Below, in pieces: positions 45,579 through 55,252 of a stretch of 64,000 bases of DNA. Below the pieces are notes generated by a model. It searched no databases. It was given only the letters and a program-made list of their open reading frames with translations, and was not told where the DNA came from. This DNA is from an uncultured Actinomycetes bacterium (GTDB lineage: Bacteria > Actinomycetota > UBA4738 > HRBIN12), in assembly GCA_963700855.1 (NCBI GenBank), contig CAVOYV010000001.1, positions 853,881-917,880 on the forward strand, in the 5' to 3' direction. The position numbers and the translations under genes were made by a program. Each line of letters opens with the position of its first letter. The first letter of the stretch is position 1.

Positions 45579-46237
45579 CAGCGAGCCTCCGCCGCGACCG
45601 CGGCGATCGCCCGTGCCGCGCCCACGGGGTCGGGCTGACGGAAGACGCCGCTGCCCGAGATCAGGATCGTGGCACCGGCATCGACCGCGCGTTTCGCGTT
45701 GTCGATCTTGATGCCCCCGTCGATCTCGACGTCCACCGAGAGACCGCGTCGATCGATCTCCGCGCGGATCACCTCGGTACGTCCCCAGACCTCCGGGTTC
45801 AGGACCTGGCCGCCCCATCCCGGGGGGATGCTCATCAGCATCACGTCGTCGATCTCCTCGAGGTACGGGACGACGTCCTCGATCGGCGTCTCCATGTTGA
45901 GGGTGAGCCCGACCCCCAAGCCAACGCCCCGCGCCTTCCGGATCGCCGGCTCCGGCTCGGGGACCGCCTCCAGGTGGAACGAGATCATGTCGAGACCGGC
46001 GTCACGGAGCTGCTCGAACTGCTGCTCGGGCGCGTCGACCATGAGGTGACCGTGGAGCGTCCGCTCGGTCACGGGGCGCAACGATCCCACGACGACGGCC
46101 CCGAAGGAGATCGGGGGTGCGAAGTGCCCGTCCATGACGTCCACATGGAAGACTTCGGCGAAGGGCTCGACGAGCTTGACCTGCTCGCCCAGCCTGGCGA
46201 AGTCGGCGGCGAGGATCGAGGCGGACAGCTTCCCCAT
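45578..46237 (-). CDS. rpe: ribulose-phosphate 3-epimerase
   Basis: SILAADF, HVDVMDGHF, HLM, MSIPPGWGGQ, EIDGGI. Confidence 0.95.
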   Translation of the reverse strand: MGKLSASILAADFARLGEQVKLVEPFAEVFHVDVMDGHFAPPISFGAVVVGSLRPVTERTLHGHLMVDAPEQQFEQLRDAGLDMISFHLEAVPEPEPAIRKARGVGLGVGLTLNMETPIEDVVPYLEEIDDVMLMSIPPGWGGQVLNPEVWGRTEVIRAEIDRRGLSVDVEIDGGIKIDNAKRAVDAGATILISGSGVFRQPDPVGAARAIAAVAAEAR

Positions 46238-46276
46238 GTCGCCGCGTATGGTACCCGGCTGGTCCGACCGCCCCGT

Positions 46277-47566
46277 TCAGGCCTTCCGTTCGAACGCGGC
46301 CACGAACATCCCATCGGTGCCATGCCGGTGCGGCCACAGACGATGCCGCAGCGCCGGACCGTCAGGTCCGCCCGTCCGGACCGGAACGAGGTCGGGGCGA
46401 TGACGCACGATCGCGTCGCAGGCCGCTTCGGTCTCGGCCCTGGGGAACGTGCAGACCGAGTAGACGAGGCGTCCGCCGGGCTTGAGGAGGTCGGCGGCAG
46501 CCGTGACGATCGCCACCTGGCGTCGCGCCAGTTGGGACAGCCGGTCCTTCGGCACCCGCCACAAGAGCTCGGGACGTCCCCGCGCTGCGCCGATCCCGCT
46601 GCAGGGCGCGTCGACGAGGACCCGGTCGAACAGCCCTCGGAGCGCGGGGGCGGTGGCGTCTTGGGCCACCAGCAGGGGATCGAGTCCGAGCCGATCCGCA
46701 GACCTCCGGACCAGACCGAGCCGGCGAGGTGCGACATCCGAGGCAACGACGAGTCCGCCCGGCTCGACGAGACAGGCTGCGGCGAGCGCCTTCCCGCCTG
46801 GCGCCGCGCAGACATCGGCGACCCGCTCCCCCGGCTGCGGGTCGAGCGCCTCAACCACGAATGCCGACGCCTGGTCCTGGATCGTGAACCAGCCCTCCCC
46901 GAATCCCGGGAGCGACGTCGGGTCCCCGCGCTCGAGGGTGACCGTGTCGCGAGCGATCGAGCCGGGGATCGGATCGTGGCCCGCGGCCCGGAGCGCTCGC
47001 TCGAGATCTGCGGACGACGTGCGACTCGTGTTCGTCCGCAGCGTGAGGCAACCACGCTCGGCCAGAGCGGCGGCAGCGGTCTCCGCCCCGTCGCCGATGA
47101 GGGCCCGGAGCTCTCGAACGGCCCATGGTGCGAGGCCCGTCCTGGCAGACACGGCCGCGTCGTCGCTGCCCAGGGCCGGTGACGGCGGGCTCGTGGCGAG
47201 CGTGCGCAGGACCGCGTTCACGAACCCCCGCTCGCGACCACCCACGAGTTCGACGGTCTCTCCGACCGCCGCGTGCGCCGGGACATGCATCTCCAACAGT
47301 TGGTACGCGCCGAGGCGAAGGGCATGGCGGGCCGCGACGCTGATCCTGTCCACCGGTCGGTTCGCGACCTCGCCGATCGCCCGGTCGAGGATCAGGAGGC
47401 GGCGCAGCGTCCCGTACGCCATCTCGGAGGCGAATGCCCGGTCTCGTTGGTCGAGCCCCGAACGGCCGAGCAGCGACGGGATCAGGAGGTTCGAGTAGGC
47501 ACCCTCGTCGATCACGCGCCTGATCGCCTCGAGGGCGACGGCGCGGGCGCCGCGTGGAGGGGTCAT
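46277..47566 (-). CDS. rsmB: 16S rRNA m5C967 methyltransferase RsmB/Sun
   Basis: NusB-like N-terminus (ELAYGTLRR-type EMAYGTLRR), QDQAS, DVCAAPGGK, DAPCSG, YSVCT. Confidence 0.93.
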   Translation of the reverse strand: MTPPRGARAVALEAIRRVIDEGAYSNLLIPSLLGRSGLDQRDRAFASEMAYGTLRRLLILDRAIGEVANRPVDRISVAARHALRLGAYQLLEMHVPAHAAVGETVELVGGRERGFVNAVLRTLATSPPSPALGSDDAAVSARTGLAPWAVRELRALIGDGAETAAAALAERGCLTLRTNTSRTSSADLERALRAAGHDPIPGSIARDTVTLERGDPTSLPGFGEGWFTIQDQASAFVVEALDPQPGERVADVCAAPGGKALAAACLVEPGGLVVASDVAPRRLGLVRRSADRLGLDPLLVAQDATAPALRGLFDRVLVDAPCSGIGAARGRPELLWRVPKDRLSQLARRQVAIVTAAADLLKPGGRLVYSVCTFPRAETEAACDAIVRHRPDLVPVRTGGPDGPALRHRLWPHRHGTDGMFVAAFERKA

Positions 47567-48507
47567 CCCAGCGACTCGCCGGGCGAGAACCGGGCGCCGC
47601 GCGCCCAGTCGGCCGCACGCATCCGCTTGCGTCCCGCCGGCGCGACCTCGACGAGGCGGAGGCCGCCGCTCCCCGTGGCCACGAGCACACCCCGATCGTC
47701 GGCCGCCTCGATCGTCCCGGGGGTCCCTGGGACGGGGCGGAGGTCGTGCGCGACACCGGCCGAGAGCACCTTGAGGGTCTCGGCTCGGAACGACGTCACG
47801 GCGCCTGGTTGCGGCGCGAGCGCCCGTACCCTTCGGACCAGTTCGTCGGCAGCGGCGGTCCAGTCCAGGCGACGTTCGTCCGGTCCGATGCGGGGAGCCC
47901 ACGTGACCCCGCGCTCGTCCTGCACACGCGCGGGAAGGTGCTCCTCAGGGAGCCGCCGCAGGACCCCGACCAGCAGCATCCCGCCCAGGTGCGCTAGACG
48001 AGCACCGAGCGTCCCGGCGTCGTCCTCCGGCCGGATGTCCGCCTCGAGCTGGTTCAGGATGGGGCCGGTGTCGAGCCCCTCGTCCATCCGCATGATCGTG
48101 ACACCGGTGCGCTCGTCACCGGCGATCAGGGCGTGCTGCACGGGCGCGGCGCCCCGCCAGCGCGGTAGGAGCGAGAAGTGGACGTTGAGCGCACCGTGCG
48201 GTGCCAGCTCGAGGACCTCGCGAGTCAGGAGCTCCCCATACGCGACCACGACCACCACATCGGGGTCCGCGTCGTGCAAGGCGTCAAGGCCGGCGCCCGC
48301 ACGGACCCCATCGGCCTCCATCAGGAGCAGGCCCAGACGGGTCGCCGCGTCGGCCACCGCGGTGGGGCGCAGCGAGGAGCCCCGGCCAGCAGGCATCGGA
48401 GGGTTCGTCACGACCAGATCCACATCGAGGTCGGGGTCTCCGGCGATCGCTTCGAGCGAGGCGACCGACCACGGGTCGTTCCCGAGGAAGGCGACCGACA
48501 ACGTCAT
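47563..48507 (-). CDS. fmt: methionyl-tRNA formyltransferase
   Basis: VVAYG, NVHFSLLPRWRGAAP, MDEGLDTG. Confidence 0.96.
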   Translation of the reverse strand: MTLSVAFLGNDPWSVASLEAIAGDPDLDVDLVVTNPPMPAGRGSSLRPTAVADAATRLGLLLMEADGVRAGAGLDALHDADPDVVVVVAYGELLTREVLELAPHGALNVHFSLLPRWRGAAPVQHALIAGDERTGVTIMRMDEGLDTGPILNQLEADIRPEDDAGTLGARLAHLGGMLLVGVLRRLPEEHLPARVQDERGVTWAPRIGPDERRLDWTAAADELVRRVRALAPQPGAVTSFRAETLKVLSAGVAHDLRPVPGTPGTIEAADDRGVLVATGSGGLRLVEVAPAGRKRMRAADWARGARFSPGESLG

Positions 48508-49022
48508 CTGCTCTCCCGGGCGCGAGGCTCCTGGAGTCCCAGCTCGATCCGGCGGAGCTCCGCGAGGACGGCCTTGCGCCCCACGTCGTCGAGCCGGTCG
48601 ATGTAGAGCATGCCGTTCAAGTGGTCGGTCTCATGCTGGAAGATCCTCGCCAGCAGGCCCTCCCCCACCACGTCGAGGGGGTGTCCCTCCACGTCCTGCC
48701 CGCGACAGCGGATCCGCCGGTACCGGGTGGTCTCGTGGTACGGACCGGGGATCGACAGACAACCCTCCTCCTCCACGATCTCGCCCTCGGCGTCGAGCAG
48801 TTCCGGGTTGCACATCACGAGCGGGCCGGTCTGACCGTCGTCGAAGGTGAAGACGCGGAGCGAGACGCCGACCTGCGGTCCGGCGAGCCCGACCCCCGGG
48901 GCCGCGTACATCGTCTCGGTCATGTCGGCCGCGAGCACCCTCAGCGCGCGGTCGAACCCGGTCACCGGTCGCGCGGGTGCGCGGAGGACCGGATCGCCGA
49001 GCGTGCGGATCGGAAGGATCAT
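48504..49022 (-). CDS. def: peptide deformylase
   Basis: GVGLAGPQVG, EGCLSIPG, QHETDHLNG. ATG at 49022. Confidence 0.96.
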   Translation of the reverse strand: MILPIRTLGDPVLRAPARPVTGFDRALRVLAADMTETMYAAPGVGLAGPQVGVSLRVFTFDDGQTGPLVMCNPELLDAEGEIVEEEGCLSIPGPYHETTRYRRIRCRGQDVEGHPLDVVGEGLLARIFQHETDHLNGMLYIDRLDDVGRKAVLAELRRIELGLQEPRARESR

Positions 49023-49035
49023 CGACGGGCCTCGT

Positions 49036-50829
49036 TCACAGATGGGGCTCGGCCTCGACGCGTTCCACGACGCCTCGGGCGGCCATCTCACGCACCGCCG
49101 CGCCGAACGCCGGAACGCGCCCCGGCTCGAGCGCGAGCAAGCATACCGTCCGGCCCCCCAGCCCCGTGACGAGCGCGGTGATGACATCGAACCCCCCCAC
49201 CTCGGAACCGAGGCGTTCGTCCCCGATCACGCGGTAGGTCGGCGCACCGACGGGGAACCCCGCCTCTGCGCGCCGTCGTCGCTCCCGTTCATGGAACCGA
49301 CCCGGGTTGCCACGCACCAGGGCTTGCACCGCCGGCTCTGCGGGGTGCGACGTCTGGACGATCACGCGGCCGCTGGGGATCGCCCACGCTGCCGCCTCCA
49401 TCCAGGTGGCGAGCGCGCGCTCGACCGCGGTGAGGCCGGGACGCCGCGCCGCGCGATCGACATCGAGGATCGCAACGAGGTCGAGCCCACCTGGCCCGAG
49501 GTCTCGTACGTCCTCCGATCCTCCGACGAGGATCTCCCCCGACGCCGCGGGGAGACGAGGGCTCGACGGCCGGCTCACCGGTACCGGAGCTACCGCCGAG
49601 ACCCACTCTTCGACGCGTTCGGCGCCCCCTCGGCGGATCCCGAAGTCGAGACCGCTACAGACCGCGCACGTCCCGAGCGCCTCGCAGACGACGCACCGAA
49701 CCTCGCCTTCGGCCTGCCGGAGGACCCCACCGCACGAGGCGCACGCCGCCGGCGAGGCACAGTTGCGACAGACCTGTGCCACCCCGTACCCGGGGAGGGG
49801 GGCGAACACGAACGCACGGCGGGTCTGGCGGAGCGCCTGCACCACGCGGGGGGCGCGCCCCTCGAGACCGGGCTTGACGACCTCGACCTTGGCCCATCGC
49901 CGTCCCCGGGGAGCGACCTCGGGGAGCCCGTGCGCCGCGGTCTCGGTCGATGGGCACAGGGCCGCGAGCACGCAGACGGCGTCTTCGCGACGGCCGCGCT
50001 CGAGCGCGACCTCACGGACGTGGTAGTAGGGCGCACGATCCTCTCGGAGCGCAGGGTGGGACTCGCGCGACACGTAGATCAGGCCGAGGTCGGCGAGCGG
50101 TGCGAAGACCGCTGGTCGCGTCCCGACCACGACGTCGTACCCGCCGGCGGCGATGTCGAGCCACATCCGGTAGCGCGCCCGCTTGTCTCCGCCGACGAAC
50201 ATCGCGACCAGATCACCGAAGGCATCGCGGATCGCCCGGGCCGTGTACGGCATCGGGGTCGCCTCGGGAACCAGGACGATCGCTCGCCGCCCGGCCGCGA
50301 CGCACGCGCTCACGGCATCGACCGCCGCCCCCGCCTCGTCGTCCGGGATCGGGCGCAGCACGAACGCACCGGCGCTGGCGGAGCGGATCGCGCGAGCGAG
50401 CGCGGACCCGCCCTCGTACTCACCCCACCGGGCAGGTCGCGGAGCCTCCCGTCGGCCCTCCGATCTTCCGGCCGACCGGCCGGCCGAGGCGGCGCCCTCC
50501 GATTCCTCGGAGGCCACCCGCGGAGGCACGATACGGTCGATCACCGTCGCCAACGGCGCCACGTAGCGTTCCGAGAGCCATCGCGCGAGATCGAGCATCC
50601 GTGCATCGAAGGAGGGGATCGGCGACACCAGCCCCTGCACGGCCAGCATGCTCGGGGGGATGTCATCGGTAGGCCCGAGTACCCAGCCACGGGTCAACTT
50701 CCCGTGGAAGCGGACGCGCACGAGGGAGCCGACGCCGGCGCCGAGCTCGGCCGGCAGGTCGTAGGTGAACGGCTTGTCGAGGGCGAGGAGCGGCCGGTCG
50801 ACGCAGACCGAGACCGGCCCTGCGAGGAC
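49036..50829 (-). CDS. priA: primosomal protein N' (PriA), helicase motifs degenerate; start uncertain
   Basis: The N-terminal VDRP..LDKPFTY..G..VRVRF frame is open above the ORF-track start 50721. Four CxxC pairs; VVGTRPAVFAPL; GRVIVQT. Confidence 0.88.
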   Translation of the reverse strand, partial: VLAGPVSVCVDRPLLALDKPFTYDLPAELGAGVGSLVRVRFHGKLTRGWVLGPTDDIPPSMLAVQGLVSPIPSFDARMLDLARWLSERYVAPLATVIDRIVPPRVASEESEGAASAGRSAGRSEGRREAPRPARWGEYEGGSALARAIRSASAGAFVLRPIPDDEAGAAVDAVSACVAAGRRAIVLVPEATPMPYTARAIRDAFGDLVAMFVGGDKRARYRMWLDIAAGGYDVVVGTRPAVFAPLADLGLIYVSRESHPALREDRAPYYHVREVALERGRREDAVCVLAALCPSTETAAHGLPEVAPRGRRWAKVEVVKPGLEGRAPRVVQALRQTRRAFVFAPLPGYGVAQVCRNCASPAACASCGGVLRQAEGEVRCVVCEALGTCAVCSGLDFGIRRGGAERVEEWVSAVAPVPVSRPSSPRLPAASGEILVGGSEDVRDLGPGGLDLVAILDVDRAARRPGLTAVERALATWMEAAAWAIPSGRVIVQTSHPAEPAVQALVRGNPGRFHERERRRRAEAGFPVGAPTYRVIGDERLGSEVGGFDVITALVTGLGGRTVCLLALEPGRVPAFGAAVREMAARGVVERVEAEPHL

Positions 50830-50830
50830 C

Positions 50831-52027
50831 TCAGGCGCCGACCGCGCTCCGGAGTTCGTCGACGCGATCGGTGACCTCCCAGGGGAACTCCTTGCGCCCG
50901 AAGTGTCCGTAGGCCGCCGTCTCCGCGTAGATCGGCCGGCGCAGGTCCAGATCCCGGATGATCGCGGCGGGCCGGAAGTCGAAGACGTCCCAGATCGCCT
51001 GGGTGAGTCTCGTGACGTCGACCTGCTCGGTCCCGGACGTGTCGAGCATCATCGACACGGGGTGCGCGGTCCCGATCGCGTACGCGACCTGGAGCAGGCA
51101 CCTGTCCGCCAGGCCCGCAGCCACGACGTTCTTGGCCACGTACCGGGCCATGTAGGCGGCCGAGCGGTCGACCTTCGTGGGGTCCTTGCCGCTGAACGCC
51201 CCGCCTCCGTGCGGGGCCATCCCTCCGTAGGTGTCGACGATGATCTTCCGCCCGGTCAGGCCGGTGTCGGCCTTCGGGCCGCCGATCTCGAAGCGACCGG
51301 TCGGGTTCACGAGGACCCGAACGCCCTCGGCCTCGAGGTCCGGGAACTCGCGCAGCACCGGGTCGATCACCTCGGCCTCGATGTCGGGGCGAAGCAGGGT
51401 CTCGACGTCGACCTCCTCGCGGTGCTGTGCGCTGATCAGCACGGTGTCCACCCGCGCGGGCTTCCCGTCGCGGTACTCGACCGAGACCTGCGACTTGCCG
51501 TCGGGGCGCAGGTACGGCACCACGCCCGCCTTGCGCACGTCGGAGAGGCGACGCGACAGCCGGTGCGCCATCGCGATCGGCAGCGGCATCAGCTCTTCGG
51601 TCTCCCGGCAGGCGAAGCCGAACATCATGCCCTGGTCGCCCGCGCCGAGCGTGTCGAGCTCGTCGTGGGAGTGCTCCTGGCGCTCCTCGAGCGCGTGGTC
51701 TACGCCCATCGCGATGTCGGGCGACTGCTCCTGGATCGCGGTGATGACCCCGCACGTGTAGCCATCGAGCCCGAACTTCGCGTCCGTATAGCCGACCTCC
51801 ACGATCGTGTCGCGCACGATCGAAGGGATGTCGACGTACCCCCTGTTGAGCGTGATCTCACCCGAGACGAAGACGACCCCCGTGGTCACGAGGGTCTCGC
51901 AGGCGACGCGGCTGTTCGCGTCGAGCCCCAGCATCGCGTCGAGGACGGCGTCGCTGATCTGGTCGGCGAGCTTGTCCGGGTGGCCCTCGGTGACCGATTC
52001 CGACGAGAACAGGTGGGGCGTGGTCAT
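50831..52027 (-). CDS. metK: S-adenosylmethionine synthetase
   Basis: [51 protein letters not shown] at 52037..52042. Confidence 0.98.
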   Translation of the reverse strand: MTTPHLFSSESVTEGHPDKLADQISDAVLDAMLGLDANSRVACETLVTTGVVFVSGEITLNRGYVDIPSIVRDTIVEVGYTDAKFGLDGYTCGVITAIQEQSPDIAMGVDHALEERQEHSHDELDTLGAGDQGMMFGFACRETEELMPLPIAMAHRLSRRLSDVRKAGVVPYLRPDGKSQVSVEYRDGKPARVDTVLISAQHREEVDVETLLRPDIEAEVIDPVLREFPDLEAEGVRVLVNPTGRFEIGGPKADTGLTGRKIIVDTYGGMAPHGGGAFSGKDPTKVDRSAAYMARYVAKNVVAAGLADRCLLQVAYAIGTAHPVSMMLDTSGTEQVDVTRLTQAIWDVFDFRPAAIIRDLDLRRPIYAETAAYGHFGRKEFPWEVTDRVDELRSAVGA

Positions 52028-52068
52028 GTCCGGCCGAGTCTAGTCGGGCCCGCCGACGGCCGTCAGGG

Positions 52069-53293
52069 TCAGCGTCGGGGCAGCAGGGCGGCGAGGCGAT
52101 CGCACAGCGCGGTCGCGAGCTCACGCTTCGTCCACGTGCGCATCGCGATATCGTCGCCGGTCGCGCTGAGGATCGCGGCCTCGTTCGTGTCCGAGCCGAA
52201 CCCCGTCCCTTCCCTGCCGACGATGTTCGCCACCAGGAGATCGGCGCCCTTGCGACGGAGCTTCTCGCGGCCGGCCCACTCGACGTCCTCCGTTTCCGCC
52301 GCGAAGCCGACGAGGATCTGGCCGGCCCGCCGCGCCTCCCCGAGCTCGGCGAGGACGTCCGGCGTGGGTTCCAGCACGAGCTCGGGAACGCCCCGATCCT
52401 TCTTGAGCTTCTCCTCCGAGGCGACTCTCGGCCGGAAGTCGGCGACGGCCGCCGCCATCACGATCGCGTCGGCATCGGGCGCCCGCCCGAGGACCGCGTC
52501 GCGGAGCTGGTCTGCGGTCTCGATCCGCACGACCTCGACCCCGACGGGCGCCTCGACCGTGCCCGGGCCGAGCACGAGGGTCACATGCGCGCCCCGCGCG
52601 TGAGCCTCGGCGGCGATCGCGACCCCCATCTTGCCGCTCGAGCGGTTGCCGACGAAGCGAACGGGGTCGATCGGTTCGTGGGTGGGGCCGGCGGTGACGA
52701 GGACACGGTGTCCCGCGAGGTCGTCCCAGGCCCGGGTGGTCGTCTGGAGGTCGATCCCGTCGACGGCATCGAGGACACCCGCGAGGATCTCCTCGGGTTC
52801 GCTCATCCGCCCGACCCCGGTGTCTCCGTGAGCGAGCGGCCCCTCCACCGGTCCCACCAGGCGCACCCCGCGCTCCCGGAGCGTGGCGACGTTCGTCCGT
52901 GTCGCGGGGTTCGACCACATCCCTGTGTGCATCGCGGGAGCGATCACGAGCGGGCCTGCGAACTCCAGCAGGGTCGAGGTCAGCAGGTCGTCGGCGAGAC
53001 CGAGCGCGAGCTTCGCGAGCACGTTCGCGGTCGCAGGTGCGACCACCGCCAGGTCGGTCTCGTGGGCGAGGCGGACGTGCAACACCTCGCCCGGGCGCTG
53101 CCAGAGCGACGTGAACGCGTCGCGCCCGGTGAGAGCCGCGAACGTGTCGACACCGACGAACCGGGTCGCCGCCTCCGTGAGGACGGCCGTGACCTGGGCG
53201 CCGGCGCCGGTGAGCAGGCGTGCGAGGATCGCGCTCTTGTAGGCCGCGATACCACCGGTCACGCCGAGCAGGACCCGGCGGCCGGCCAGGACG
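52069..53293 (-). CDS. coaBC: bifunctional phosphopantothenoylcysteine decarboxylase / synthetase; start codon non-canonical or miscalled
   Basis: LLGVTGGIAAYK, APATAN, PAMHTGMW, TAGPTHEPIDPVRFVGNRSSGKMG, AAAVADFRP, VGFAAET. Confidence 0.95.
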
Positions 53294-53539
53294 TCAGTCC
53301 TCGACGGGCTCCTCGGGGCGCTCGTAGTCGATCTTCCCCTCGGCGATCTCCTCGAGGGCGATCGAGAGCGGCTTGTTGCGCAGTCCGGTCTCGACGAGCG
53401 GTGGCACGAACTCGCCACGACCCTCGCCCAACTGGCTGTAGTACGCGTTGATCTCGCGGGCGCGCTTCGCGGACAGCACGACGAGCGTGTACTTCGAGTC
53501 CACGGCCGCGAGCAGATCGTCGATCTTGGGTTCGATCAT
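53294..53539 (-). CDS. rpoZ: RNA polymerase omega subunit (actinobacterial type)
   Basis: [35 protein letters not shown]...[10 protein letters not shown]. Confidence 0.96.
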   Translation of the reverse strand: MIEPKIDDLLAAVDSKYTLVVLSAKRAREINAYYSQLGEGRGEFVPPLVETGLRNKPLSIALEEIAEGKIDYERPEEPVED

Positions 53540-53562
53540 GGAAGAGAGCACTCCTGTCGAGG

Positions 53563-54129
53563 TCAGGGGGTGCGGGACCGTTCGATGATAGCAGCGACCT
53601 CGTCGGTGGCGCGTTCCAGGTCGTCGTTCACGACCACGTGATCGAACCAGGACGCCTGCTGGAGCTCGCGCTCAGCACCCTCGAGCCGCTCGGCGATGCT
53701 CGCGTCGTCCTCGGTCCCCCGGCCACGGAGTCGAGACTCGAGGTCTCCGAGCGAGGGCGGCGCGATCAGGATCAGCACGGCGTCGGGGGCACGCTCCTTC
53801 ACCTGCGCCGCCCCCTGCACGTCGATCTCGAGCAGCACGTCGAGCCCGGCGTCGCGCCGTTCGTCGACCCAGCCCGCAGGTGTCCCGTACCGGTTACCGT
53901 GGAACACTTCCGCCCACTCCAGCAGTTCCCCGCCGGCGACCATCTCCTCGAAGTCGACGTCGTCCACGAAGAAGTAGTCGACCCGATCGGTCTCGATCGG
54001 GCGGGGCGGGCGGGTCGTGGCGGAGATCGACCGGGCGAGCCGGTGATCGCGGACCAGCAGCGCCTGGACGAGGCTTCCCTTGCCGACGCCAGAGGGGCCC
54101 GCGACGACGATCAGACGGCCCCGGCCCAC
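53563..54129 (-). CDS. gmk: guanylate kinase
   Basis: [35 protein letters not shown]. Confidence 0.97.
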   Translation of the reverse strand: MGRGRLIVVAGPSGVGKGSLVQALLVRDHRLARSISATTRPPRPIETDRVDYFFVDDVDFEEMVAGGELLEWAEVFHGNRYGTPAGWVDERRDAGLDVLLEIDVQGAAQVKERAPDAVLILIAPPSLGDLESRLRGRGTEDDASIAERLEGAERELQQASWFDHVVVNDDLERATDEVAAIIERSRTP

Positions 54130-54144
54130 GAGGCGGCCGGGTTC

Positions 54145-54462
54145 CTACTTCTTCCCGAAGCGCGCGAGCAGCTCGGCCCGCTGCTTGGAGCCGAGCCCAC
54201 GCACCCGTCGCGTGGCCGAGATGTCGAGCTCCTCCATGATCTTCTGCGCTCGAACCTTGCCCACCCCGGGCAGCGACTCCAAGACGTTCGAGACCTTCAT
54301 CTTCCCGAGCGTCTCGTCGCTCTCGGCCCTCTTCAGGAGGTCGCCGAGGGAACGCGTCCCAGCCTTGAGCTCTGCCTTCACCTCGGCTCGCTTCTTCCTC
54401 GCCTCGGCTGCCTTCGCGAGGGCGTCGGCGCGTTGCTCCGGGGTGAGGGTCGGGAGGGTCAT
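54145..54462 (-). CDS. mihF: actinobacterial integration host factor (mIHF/sIHF)
   Basis: LTPEQRADALAKAAEARKKRAE...KMKVSNVLESLPGVGKVRA...RRVRGLG. SD AAGGAG; TATACT at 54509..54514. Confidence 0.95.
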   Translation of the reverse strand: MTLPTLTPEQRADALAKAAEARKKRAEVKAELKAGTRSLGDLLKRAESDETLGKMKVSNVLESLPGVGKVRAQKIMEELDISATRRVRGLGSKQRAELLARFGKK

Positions 54463-54568
54463 GGACGAACTCCTTCGGGTCGACGGAAGAGGCGTGCGGA
54501 ACGCGGGGAGTATACGCACCCCTCCGACGCCGGACAACGCAGGAAACCGCCTCCAACCTGCGGATCTT

Positions 54569-55252
54569 CTAGCGGATCGAGCGCGCGATCGAGCGCGCGA
54601 CGCCGGCCGGATCGTCGGCACCGGTGATCGGTCGACCGACCACGAGGAAGTCCGCCCCCCGCTCGATCGCGTCGGACGGGGTGAGCACACGGACCTGGTC
54701 GTCGCCGTTCGACCCCTGGGGACGGATGCCGGGCACCACGAGGCAGAACGCGTCGCCGCACACGTCGCGGACGTCCCGGACGTCCTCGCCGCTCACGACG
54801 ACGCCGTCGAGACCGGCCTCCTTCGCCTCCCACGCGAGCGAGGCCGGCGACGCGAGATCCTCGCCGGTCTGCGAAGAGAGCACGGTCACCGCGATGACGA
54901 GCGGGGTCGGCGCGCCGGCCTCCGCCGCTCCGCGCCGCGCGCCCGCCACGGCGGCCCGCATCATGTCGAGCCCACCGAGCGCGTGCACGTTCATCATCGC
55001 CGGCCCGAGGCGGGCGATGTTCGCGCTCGCCCGCTCGACCGTGGTCGGGATGTCGTGGAGCTTCGCATCGACGAACACCGGGCCGCGTTCGGCGATCCGA
55101 CGCACCGCATCGGGGCCGTGCGCCCAGAACAGCTCGAACCCGACCTTGAGCATCCCGACCTCCGGGGCCAGCACCTCCGCGAGGGAGCTCGCGTGTGCGA
55201 GGTCGCTCGTATCGAGCGCGACGACCAGAGGGTTCTCCGGTGGCGGGATCAC
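54569..55252 (-). CDS. pyrF: orotidine-5'-phosphate decarboxylase
   Basis: VVALD, LKVG, FVDAKLHDIPTTV, PGIRP, VVGRPI. Confidence 0.95.
   Translation of the reverse strand: MIPPPENPLVVALDTSDLAHASSLAEVLAPEVGMLKVGFELFWAHGPDAVRRIAERGPVFVDAKLHDIPTTVERASANIARLGPAMMNVHALGGLDMMRAAVAGARRGAAEAGAPTPLVIAVTVLSSQTGEDLASPASLAWEAKEAGLDGVVVSGEDVRDVRDVCGDAFCLVVPGIRPQGSNGDDQVRVLTPSDAIERGADFLVVGRPITGADDPAGVARSIARSIR

Noticed and set aside
52028-52068. SAM riboswitch above metK; T-boxes above tyrS, pheS and trpS
   Set aside because: The gaps are only about 40-50 nt, with no consensus elements. -10 hexamers sit directly above the metK, pheS and trpS starts.
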